Assembly: GCA_038064835.1 (NCBI GenBank)
Contig: JBBTSD010000001.1
Coordinates: forward strand, 28,422-92,421
Length of the DNA: 64,000 nucleotides
Source: Patescibacteria group bacterium
GTDB lineage: Bacteria; Patescibacteriota; Minisyncoccia; Phycocordibacterales; UBA2100
Direction: 5' to 3'
Position 1 is the stretch's first letter; the number at the start of each line of letters is the position of its first letter. Below are positions 1-12,000 of this stretch, piece by piece. A model generated the notes under the pieces. It saw nothing but the letters and a program-made list of their open reading frames with translations, made no database searches and was not told the DNA's origin. The position numbers were made by a program, and so were the translations under genes.

Positions 1-3000
1 TCAGCTGCGTTTAATGCAGAACTCTCGCCAGCTTTGGTAAAGATGGGGCAAATAGGAGAAGTGGCACAGGATGCCGTCGCGAGAATAAACGGGCAGGTTC
101 GTGCAGAAATCGACGCCGCAATAGCAACGGCAGGCGCGCGCGCAGAAGGTGCGTTTACTGAGATTCAGCGATCTACAGCAGAGCGGGTGGCAACTGTCAT
201 TTCTCGCGATCAAATGCTTCTCGAGACCCGTATTCGCGAAATCCAAGCAGAACGCAACGCGTGGACTGAGCGATTTACTTGGGTGCAGCGTAATTTTCCG
301 CGTTCACCTCTCGTTGCCGAGCCGTTAGTAACTACAGGAAGCGCAGATAATCCGAGAACAATCAACTACGATACCTACATGCGCGAGACCCAGCGCGAGC
401 TCGATCGTTTAAATGCGGCACTTCAGCTTCGTACGGCGCAGTACAGTACTGTTGCGCGGCTGACAGGGACACCACTCGGAGATGATATAGCTCTCGGTAT
501 AGTTGTTGCGCCAACAACACCTGAAGGGCTTGCCCAGCAGCGCCTTTTAAACCAAGGAATACTTGCAGATTATGCGTTACAGCAAAGAGCCATTCTCGGG
601 GAAGCACGAATCGCTCGACTTTCCGATGCACAGCTCTTAGGTCAGAGCCCTGTGATTGCATCTGAACGGGCTTTTGTTCGCGAGGCGTCGGCTCTGACTG
701 CAGGCAGGCTCGGAGAACTTGCGGGGACAATACCCATGACTCAGGCTACCCAATACGAGATTGGGAAAAATGCAGGTACTATTCGAGACCCTGGGGTTAT
801 CGAATACTTGAGAGATCAAAATGCTTGGTACACTTTTGCAGGGGCAGTGGCACGGGGTTTGAACGAGTCCCTGGGTGACAAGGGACTTCCACCACTGTTT
901 GGAGGGGGAGAGCTTCTCGCTCGCGTGGGGCGAGGGATAACGGGCGACATGCTCAAGGTGGCTCGGTACCCCGTTGGTTCTGCAGAATTATTTCAAACGC
1001 CTGGGCAGATCAGCGGAGGTGTCCTGAGGGCAGGTGGCTCCCTTGCGCTCATGGCGACACCGCTTGGGCTTCCGGGTGCTGAAGCGCGGGCAATTTCAGC
1101 AGTGGCCGCCGCAACTGAAGCCCGGGCAATTGCGGTAGCGGCGCGTGCCGCTACCGTAATAAACACACCAGCCGCGCGCGAGCTCGCGGCTGTTGCTACT
1201 CGCGCCGAGAATGTTGCTGCACAAGCTCTTGCAAGGGCGGGATTGACTACTGCTGGAGGTGTTGTCGTGAGGGCTGACGGCACAATTGCAGCTCGCGTAA
1301 TAGCACCCACTGCCGCTGAGGCTCGTGTAGGTGTTACCGCACCGCGGGTTGTGCGCGCACCTGCTGGTTCAGGTGCCTTAGCCGCTGATACAGGTGTGGT
1401 TGCGCCGGCCGCTCGGGTATCCGCACCTGCACCCGCACGCGTACTTGGTCGTCCAGCCGCCGAATCGCCTGTTGGAGCAGCGACAAGAATCCGTGTTGCT
1501 GAAGCGATAGGTTCCCCACCGCTTCGCGCAGAGACTCGGGTGATAGGGAGAGGGCCACTTCAGGCTGGACAGGCTCCTGCCGTAGCGCGACCAGTTCGGG
1601 TTGTTGAAACACCGCGGCCGAGCCCGGCACCGTCCCAGCGCTTTGCCCAAAACACAACAGCTCGCGAAATTGCTGTCAATCGATCAGTAGCGCCGGTCTC
1701 GGTAAATCGACCTGTCGGTACAACGCAAAGTCCGGTAAGTGCAGCTGTGCCACGCAACATAACGCCGGTTCGTACAGTTTCAAATCCTGGCTCCGTCACT
1801 CCCCGTGCAGTTCCTTCTACAGCTGGTCCGGCCCGTAGCCTGGTTACGCCCCGTAGTCCGGTCGTGTTGGGCAAACCACCGATAACCCGCGGATTTACAC
1901 CTGGTAATCCACAAGTAGCTGGTCGCGCTCGTCCTGCTGATTTTGTGTCTGCCCCAAGGCAAGCACCGCGCGTGGCAGGGCGTCAACAGCAACAGGCACA
2001 GGCGAACGCTTCAAGGGGTGGAGCTTCGGCCAATGCCAACTCTCGCTCACTCACTCCTGATCAGCGATGGGCGCAGACTTTGGAAAAGGCCGAAGTTTTG
2101 GCCGGGAGCAGGAGCGCGCCAGCAGGAGAAAGAGCTGCGGCGGCAAATGCTGCGCAACGAATGCGCGCCGCAGGACCACCATCAGGTGGTCCTGTTCCAC
2201 CACGGGTGAGTGCCCCAAGGACTGCAACAACACCTGCCCCTCGCCCACCTGTTTCAGGATCTCCTGTAAGAAATCCTAGTCAGACAACGGGAGGACCTCT
2301 TGCAACAGTACCTGCTACTCGTCCTGCAACCGCTCCAAGGAGTACTCCAGGATCTACTGCACAAGGTGCAAGGAATCTTGCCCCGCGACCTGTGTCCGGA
2401 GGACAAGGGAGATCGCTTGTTCCTGTTTCGGCCCGGCGTGATGTGCCAAAAACCGCGAGTCCTGCACCACGCGGTACTCCAGGGTCACAACAAATAGACA
2501 CGGCATTAAAGACCCAAGTTCCCATTTTTGGTGGCGCGCGGTCGTCTCCGGCTTCTGCACCTCGTCCTGGCTCACCGCCGACCGTGCGTGAACTCGTTGC
2601 AACTCGAGCAATGGTGCGCGCCGGCGTTGCTTCGGCTCAGGCAGCAGCAATGGCAACACATGCACAATCAATCGAACAGGCATTTGGATATTCAAGTCCG
2701 CAGGCGACATTGGCACGCGCCAACGCAACTGACGCTGCTCGCAACTCCGTTATAGCAGACACTATTGCAAGTAACTTGGCAAACAGAACTGGTCTTGCCA
2801 TGGTCAATATAGATGGTTTCGCGACTGTCGTTCGTGCTGGTGCCGTACCCGAAGCATTTGGATATATGAATGGTACTCGACTGGTGCAAAGCCTTCCATT
2901 TGTTGAAATAGGTGCAACTGCACCTAGTGTTGCTGTGGCACGACCTGGCGCTTCTTTGGCACCTCGTCCTGTGGCCTCAGTCCGACCATCAGCTCCAGCT

Positions 3001-6000
3001 CCGCGAGTTGCTGGTGTCGAGACGATCCCAAGGGGTACGGCGCTGGTTCCTGTATCCGCACGACGCGACTTGCCAGGAGCAGGAGGGCCGACGCCATATT
3101 CAATTCCGGGGCCACGACAAATTCAAGTAGCGCTTGGTAGTCAGGTTGTTCCTCGGTATGGAACGGTAAGCGCCCTCCCTGTAAGCGCAGTTCGTACCGG
3201 TTCGCCACCTACACCTACAGAAATGCTTGCAGTGTCTGAAATTACCCGTGCAGAATTGTTTGCCGCTCGCACGGCTGCAGCAAGTGCCCGTGCATCTGCA
3301 GTTGCAGGTGCTCCAAGAACCACTATTCAGGCGGTACAAGCAGCAAACGCAGTGGTGTCGCGCGCACTTGATGTTGAACGGGTTGTAGTCGCGGCTGCGA
3401 ATCGTGCTGCTTCAGCAGCTGGTCTTGCTTCGGTAACAATCGATGGTACTCAATTTATTGTGCGCACAGGATCGGTACCAGAAGTTGTCGGCTATATGCG
3501 AGGTACTGTGTTCGTGCAAAGTCTGCCGTTTGCTGATCTGAACGCGGGTGCAAGCGTGGCGGTAACGCGACCGGTTATATCATCAGCTCCAAGAACGACT
3601 TCTGCTGCGTCTGCTCAAACTCCCCCTGTCGGCTCAACTCCTACGCCTACCCCGGGACCTAGTAGGGTCTTTACCGCAGACGGTCGTTTTATAGGGGCTC
3701 CCACTAGAGTTGTTGAACGGCCATCTCCACTATTGACAGATATCTCACAACTCCCTGTTTTTGAGGCCAATATCCCGCGCAACCGTTCTCTCGCAGTCAT
3801 TCCGCCTGCTGGTGCAACGGGGGTGTATCCGACTGCGGCGCGAGGATCTTTCGCTCCTGCTGCAGCGCCATCCACGGCTGCGCCACCTCGACCCACGATT
3901 ACTCCAATAACATCTGCACAAGGACAGGCAATTCTAAACTACAATCGTCCTGTCCAATCAATTGAAACAATTTCTCGAGCACTCGGGCGACTGCCACAGG
4001 GGGGGCTTGCGGCAAACTTAGTTGCAGATATAAATCTTGCCCAACTACAATTAAGTGCTTTGGGGATTCTTGTGCCTGGTGGTGGGGTCATGATCCGGCA
4101 GGATGATGGTGTAATGATTGCACGGTATAGCCCCTCTGCTGGTGCATATGTACTCACCCCTGCAGCATTTGGGAGCGATGCTCCCATGCCTCCCGAACCA
4201 GCCCCAAGAGTACATACGCTTTTCTTGGGAGGCGCCCGACCGGGTGCCCCGGTGGACTTACTAGGCATTCCTACACCACCCGAAGTAATACAAGAGGTTC
4301 GTGCACGCGCTGCAGTGCGTGCCGCAATTCAGGGCGGCACCGTTCCGCGCGAAATGATACCACCGCTAGTGGCGCTTCTGGGTGCACCAACTGGATCGTT
4401 TGAGAGGGATCTTGAGGCATTTTTCATTGCCTCTGCACCATCACCAACATACACCGGCACTGCAATTATTCGCCGGTCGCCTGCGCGAGCTCGTGCTGCT
4501 GCAAGGGTAAATGCGCGCAGTGCCGCACTTGCTCGGGGCTTAGCGCCAACAGCCCCTCGCTCAGGGCTGTCTATCGACGACTTGGGAGCTGGGCTCAACA
4601 GCCTGGGTGTTTCGGCTGGTGCTTTTACCACCAACTTTGTTTCAAACACTGTTCTCAGTCGAAGTGGCCAAGATATTCCTGAATCAATAACGGGAAACAA
4701 TGTACAAAATGCGCTTTGGGGCGGGAGCCCGGCCATCTTGGAAAACCAGGGAATGCAGACTGTTTCGTTGGGAGGAGGTATTGCGGATGCCGTAGTCACG
4801 GGTGTGAATTCTGAAAAGAAAAAAACCGAGTGCCTGTCCTCTTGTTTTTCTGTGGTTGGGACTGGAGTCGCACTTGACGGCTCGGGAGGAATTTCCTTTG
4901 TTTCGCATTCTGCCCCCCCAACTCTTGTGGAAAAGAATGCAGTGGCACAAAAAGCTCTGGGAAATCATATCGGTAACGCAATCAAAGACCTGCTTGTCCG
5001 ATCGGTGCCGGGAACAGCGCGGATTGAGATTTTTGGAGGAGGATTCCAGACACTTCCTGGTAGGGAAACTCCTGAGCCTGGGTCGCTTGCTGTGTATGAA
5101 GAAGGAAAAAATTTCCTCGAGGAGACGGCCGTTCAGGCGATTCGACAAGCTCGCGCATTAAATCCTGATATCCCACTTGTGGCTATTTCTAGGCCATTAG
5201 GACCCTCCTATCCTGGAATATCAGCAGAGTCACCCCTTACGGCTGTATTTGTAGATACCCCTCGTCTTACAACGACTGTGTTTGCACCCGAATCCTTGAT
5301 AGCGGAAGGAAGAGGGGTCGCACCAGCTGGTGCAACTACACCAAACTCCCGCCAAACGCTCCCTATGGCGCGTAGTAACATTGGTGCCGAATTTCCGCAA
5401 AATACTGGCGCACTTGTGCAAGTAATCGCCACTCGTGCAGCTGCACTGCAGGGTCAAAATCCATCTCCCACCCCGCCACAACGCATTCTATTAGTGGAAG
5501 ATGACGCACGCGCAGTGAGAGGCTTCCTAGATGCATTCGAAAAATTGTTCCCCGAGCTTCCAGTGGTCAACAAAGGACGCTTCTCCGAGACACCCTCTGC
5601 AGCAGACCTGCAAGCTCCCGGTATCTTGGTCGTCACCTCAGCAGAAAAAGCCCAACTTGCACTCACGGCACCAAGGGCTCTTTCGGTTGGGCTGGTGCTT
5701 CTCGACAATAACTTGCTTGACGGACGACTTGGATACGACATGGTCTACCCGCTCATTAAAGGAAGCCAACCAAACGCTGTCGTTCTTAGTACTTCAGGGG
5801 AAGGCCGGCTTGAACAACCAGGTGTTGGGCATGTCGACAAAGGCATTGGATTCAATGCAAAAAAGCTTTCAGAGGCCTTGGCACAAGCGGGGGTACTACC
5901 CACTGCAAGTGGCATCTCACAAGCCCAACGAGGCGCAGGTGTACTCACTGGCTACCGTGAAAATCCAGTTACCGCAATTCTCCACGCGCGTGCGGCAGGA

Positions 6001-9000
6001 GCTAATCCGTTCGCACCCGCATGGGCACAGCCACAAGTTGGACGAAGTGTTCTTGCACGGCGGGGACAGGGGGTGACTGACAGAGCCGACATTCCTCGAC
6101 GAGGTAGTGGTCGGTGGGGGCCTGTGGCTTCCAATATCCCTGCGGTACTTGGTACGGCTCAAGCACGCGGCGCACTGAATACCCTTGGGCAGATAACTCG
6201 TGGTCCTGGTACATCTCCAGTTTCTTCTGTCGGAGCCGGACAGCAACCATCTTTACCAAGCCAGCGTGATCCGCGTTTGGCTGCACTTGCAACGCGGGTC
6301 CGTGCAATGAATACGATTGTAGTTGTAAACGCGCGTCCAATTCCTGGACGGACAACTGTCGTTCTGGATGCAATAGCCACTTTGCTCGAAGAGGTTTGTG
6401 GGCAAGTCCCTAACTGTCGCAACCTGGAACTTTTCCACGCATTGAGTGGGAGTACACCCGATCCGACACGAATCGTCGCGTTTGACACGCCTGATGGTGC
6501 CCTGCTTGCGGCAGCGCAAAAATTCGCGCAAACATTTCTGACAGATGCTGAAAATCCGCTATCTTCCGCGAGTCTCCGTGTAACCCTCCCCATGGCACGG
6601 AATATTGGTACTGGATTTCCTCAAAACACAGATGTGCTTATCCAAGCAATTGCCGTTCGTGCCGCTGCATTGCAAGCGCGAAACCCAGTCATTTCTGCCA
6701 CCACTCGCATACAACTTTCTACGGCACCTCGTCCAGGACCAGAGAATCCCATTACCGGAAAACCAGATCCAAACCAGGTAGTGACCAATGAAGGTACATT
6801 CTTTGAAATACAAAATTCGCAACTTACTAATGTTGCAGTGGCAGCTATCTTGGACGGTATCGTTGCGGTCGCACCGCCTGTCGTCGTGGACGCAGTTGGT
6901 GTACGAGGTGTATTTGGTGGGAAGCGGTACTTCTCGCCAGTGCTTATCTCTGCAAATGCGCGACCAGTGTCACCTGAAGCTATCCGTGCAGACCTCGCGG
7001 TGCTAGAAGTTTTTGGTGATACCGACCACAGGTTTGATGCGCGAGTAAATCCTCCGCTTGTTTCGAACATCGGTCTTACCTCGGACGGCAGAATGTATGT
7101 GTTTGATTTTGGATATGCACAGCATTTGATGATGGCAAATCCGCTTGATGCGCGCTCGATTGATGCGCAAATGGCGCAGATGACACCAGGAACACAGGCA
7201 CTGTTCGTAAGCAAACTTAACCAACTTGAGGCACGAGTGAGTGGTGCCTCGGGTCTTGCTTTTCTCTCAGGCGTTCTTGGGAATTCTCGCGGGAGTTGGA
7301 AAACAGCTTTTAATTTTATGAGTGATGCGCCGCGCATAGGTAACCCTGCCGCATATTTCCGCGACAACCTGCTTGACCGTATTCGGCAGACGCGCACTGT
7401 AGCTATCGCAATTAATCCCGCTCTCGCAAATCTAGGCACGAGAGGGATTGCAAGAGTCGCTCTTCCTATGGTACGGCCATCACAACTTCTCACCGAAGCA
7501 GAAGCGCTTGCGCTTTTGTCGGGTCCGCCCACCCTTTCGGCGATTGGGGTTTCAGCTAATTTGATAGAGGGCGCCACCGCGTTGATTCGTATCGCTCAAC
7601 AAAATGGTGGCAGACTCCAAAATCCTTTGGCGCAAGCGTGGTACGAAGCTGATATGGAGGCAAGACAGGCGCGAAGATTTTTCCAGAGTGTTCTTAACGA
7701 ACAAAACTTGGCGCGCGGAGCCGTCTCCTTGCTCGCAGGGAACAATGCCCCTCCTGAGCAAATGAGGCAGGCGGTAGCATATGCGACATGGATTGAGAAT
7801 TTTGTACAAGCTGTTGCGACAAACGATTTCCCGAATGATGTGGCAGACACACTCCTGAGAGAGCTACAAAAAGGTGAGCGAACAGTGCCGGTCACTGGTT
7901 CTGTTGCTGGCATGCTTGCGCAAAACACTGCCGCACGCGCCGCTCGACAGAATCTCCCTGCTCTCGAAAATCGATGGATCGAGCTTCAGCGGGCGCATGT
8001 CTCGGCGTCATATTTTATTGCAAATAGTGGCCCCAACCTCGATCCGGGAACAGGAGTTCGCGATGTCAGTTTCCAGAGATCGCAAGAGCTTGTGCGACTA
8101 GCTGTGGAAAGCGAAATGCGACAGCTCGCAACTCAAATTGTTCCCTTACGGCAAACCGCGGCACTTCTCACGCCGTCCGACACATCTTTTATCGGAACCC
8201 TTGCCCGAGCACTGAACCCACAAACCCCACGCCGTGGCCCAGGTGTACTCACTGGCTACCGCGAAAACCCAGTGCTCGCGGCACGGCATGCACGAGCCGC
8301 TGGTGCTGATCCATTCGCACCTGCATGGGCACAGCCACAAGTTGGACGAGGCGGTATTGCTCGGCGCGGGCAGGGAGTGACTCCGATTTCGCCTGCTCAG
8401 ACCCCTCCGATTTCCACCGAGGCAACACTTGTACGGATAGAGAAGATGGTTGTAGATGCACTAAAAAGTATCCGCGAGCAGGCAAAAGGTAACGAGGATG
8501 TACCAAAGAGGCTCATTCCCCATATCCAGCGTCTTACTAGTGGGCAAGGTGTCCAAAATTCAATCGCATCAGCTGTGTTGAATTCAGTTCCGTTCGCCGA
8601 GCTCCCTACACTTACTCAGGCACAGGTATCCGCAATCGCTCTCAATCAGGTGGCCCGCAGAATGGGTCCAGGGCCGCTTTCGCAGATTTTTGCAAAAGGA
8701 TTTGGAGTACTTGAGAAAAGTATCGGTGCCCCTGCTGGGTCGACACTCGCCGGAGTGAGGGTCATCCCCGCAATGCCTGGGATTCTCAGTCCTGTTGTGG
8801 CTCAGTCTGTCGTCCCAAAGAAAGTCTCGAAGCGTGCCATCAACAAGATCGTTAGGCAGGTTAGAACATTTGCTGACGAACCAGTCCGTCAAGAAACTCC
8901 AGCCCAGACTCTGACTCGTTTGCTCGATCGCGTTGGTGCACCACTTGTAGTTAACGAGGCACCACAACAAGGAGTACCTGCTGGTTCTATTGTGGCGCGG

Positions 9001-12000
9001 CCTGAATTTACCGGTACTTATGCGCACACTGTCGCTGAAGGCGCACGCGATTCATCGCAACACTTGCTGTCACTGCCTACTATTATCGACTCATTTCCCG
9101 CGCACCAACTTCGTCGTGCTCTCCGTAGCGCACTGCAAGAAGCCGCCGCACGAGTGGCCCCAACAGATCCGGCCAAAGCCGTGGCACTGCAAAGTGTCTA
9201 CCGCTATTTCGAAGGGAATGCCGCACGCGTGAATGTGTTCAACATCCTTTCAAGTGATTTAAGTGAACTTGCTGGGATTCTCGCGACGAGCGAAGGGACG
9301 GTAAAAAACGCCGTGGGGATGATGGTAGAGCGACGCCCGCGCATCGGAGATGCCGAGTACGATGGGCTCCCACCTACGCAGAAAAAGCAAGTCGTAGATC
9401 AATGGAAAGAGATTGCGCGGTTGTATCTCGAGCTTGTCGGCTCGACTGCGAACGACCAACAGGTAATCGCCGCACTGGGTCGCATGCCCACGAACGACGA
9501 GCTGAAAGCAATGCTTGCCGCTAATCCAGTACAACAAACAGCCACCACTTTTGCGACGGCCGGTCGTACGACTATGGGCCGACACACACGAGCAGTGGGA
9601 GAAGAAGTAGGTGCTCTCAATCTTGCGGGTGGACGAAGTACGACTCGTCCTGGCCAAGCTCGGCGCGGTCCTGGCGGGCCGGTAATTGTGAGCGCACCCG
9701 CGCCACAGGCGGCAGGCGCCGTTTTGACTGGGACACAACCAGTCGCCACTCCATACACGCTGGGGGCGATGACAAACGAAAGCAAAACCAAGCTTGTCTA
9801 CTATATTGAAAATGCCGCGGGTGATGTCATGGGAGCCATGAGTCTTGTCATGGTAAATGCAGATGTGCCTCATGTCATTCTCAGCTCGCTGAGCGTACTC
9901 CCTGCCTATCAAGGTCTCAAACTCGGACGAACATTTTTGCAGGAAGTAAAGAACAGATTGGTAAACGCTGGAATCCCCGTGCTGTTGGTTAATGGAATTG
10001 ACTCGGAGTCACCAGCGTTTCTAATGTACAACCGTTCTGGATGGGTAGATGCGGGTGTGGGAGACCCCATTCAAATGTGGATGGTGAATGATCCAAGGGG
10101 CCTGCTTACCCAAGCAGACCGCACTGCCATAGCGCAAGCTGCAAAACAGGGGGAAAAAGGGGTGAACACGACACAAACCTTTGCGCTCGCTCCTGACGGG
10201 GCAGTCTCGATTGTTGATGTGCCTCCACCTACATCAGTGACCGGCGTGGCACCAGCTGACCCAATTGCACGGCCTCTGGTTGCTATCCAGTCGCGTGCAC
10301 CTCCTGCCGCGATTGTGCCGGATACTGTGGTTTCAGATACGACAACCGCACCGGTTGTTATGGGTTCCCTCGGATTTCCTATCATGCCATCGGATGGGAC
10401 AGTTGCCGGTGTTCTTGAGGGGACTTTTAGAAAACTTGAAACAGAGATGGGGGGTATACCCACCTTGCGGTCGTCCCGCCAGTTTGCCGCGCGGACTGCG
10501 CTCGGTCTCTTCGTTAGGAATATTGCAAACGGACTCGCTAATGCACCGAAAGACGAATTACATGGAGCAGTGATAGCGATTGCTTTTCAATTCCGTGATC
10601 GTACGCTAGGAAATTACCCATCAAATTTGTCTGCAAAAGAAATCATTGCAGAAATGAGCACTGCCTTGAACGAGAAGAACCCACAAAAGTTTGCCTCACT
10701 CAGCGCATGGTCACTCTCCCAGATTTCTTTTGCCCTGGACTCAGTTGAAACATTCGACCAGGGTAGAAAGTTGGTTAATGGCTGGCGCGCCAAAGCCCCA
10801 GACACTCCTGAAGGAAACAAAGAGTTGTTTAAAGAGATCTTCAAATTTGATGCAACGGGCGATGTATTTGTGGTGGCTGGGCCGCAAATGCTCCATGTAT
10901 TTCCAACTGTTCGTGCTGATGTCGATCGTGCGGTCGGGCTTACTGGTGTTGGCGCAGCAGTATTAGCACAGCCACTTGTTCCTGCAGAACTCGGGGGTCG
11001 TGTTGTTATGTACGCTCCTACCGAAGATGTGCTTGCGAATTACCCAGAAATAGCAAGACATGAAGCCGAGCACATTGCGCAATTCATTGCAAATACATCT
11101 GCAGTTTCAAATGCTCGGCATATTTCCTTTCAGCGATTGCTTGCGAAAGCTACCGAGAAACCATCTGAAGCGGTCGCTCGTACACCCCTCCAGTCTTTTG
11201 TGCATTTATTTGCGAATGAGGGGAATTCAAATCAGGAGGGTTTGATTGCAATTCGGGCGAGAGGATATGCGAATGCGTTTATATCTGGTGCACTTTTCCA
11301 GGTGTCCATGGAGCTCTTGTCGTATTTTGTAGCAGATCGCCTGTCGGGTGCCGAACTTGCTGAGCGGGTCAATCGACCATTATACCAAGATCCGATGAAA
11401 GAACTGGCAAAGAAAGAGGCAGAACGGATTACGGGTATCTTGGAACTCAATATCATAAAAGCAACACTTCGTCCGTTTACTCTAGGCACCTTCCTTGGTG
11501 CTCCTGTCGTGCAGGCCACTCCATTCTCGCTGGGAGACAGTTTGAATCCAAACAGGATAAGAGGAAGAGTTGTAATTCCCGATTACACATTCCTTGTCGA
11601 CGAAGGTGTGCGGGTACTTTCCACTCTTACGGCACAGGGGGTTGATCGAGAGGTTATAAACGCACTGCTATCCGGTCTTCCGGTACACCGGTGGAATAGA
11701 GCGGTATCAGCGTTTTTTGCAGAACAGTCGTTCTTTGTGTTTGAAGCAACACCTCGCGACCTTGCTTCCGGACAAGATCTGACAGCAATCCATACGCCAG
11801 CACCGCGTGCAATTAACGGCGGTGCTGTGCCGGCGGCAAGTGTTGCGATCTCCACAACAAAAGAGCTTGCAGACAAACCAATCGATCTCCCGTCAGCAGA
11901 TGCACGGGGGGCTGAATATGCATCAGCACCAGAAGCAACACCCTCCGGATTACAAAGATCATTACCACCCGTGCTTTCATTCGGTCCGCTGAATCTGACA

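Noticed and set aside
5938-8382. 141-bp repeat pair as a DGR template/variable region
   Set aside because: Differences are not confined to adenines, both copies are in-frame coding sequence, and there is no reverse transcriptase in the window.
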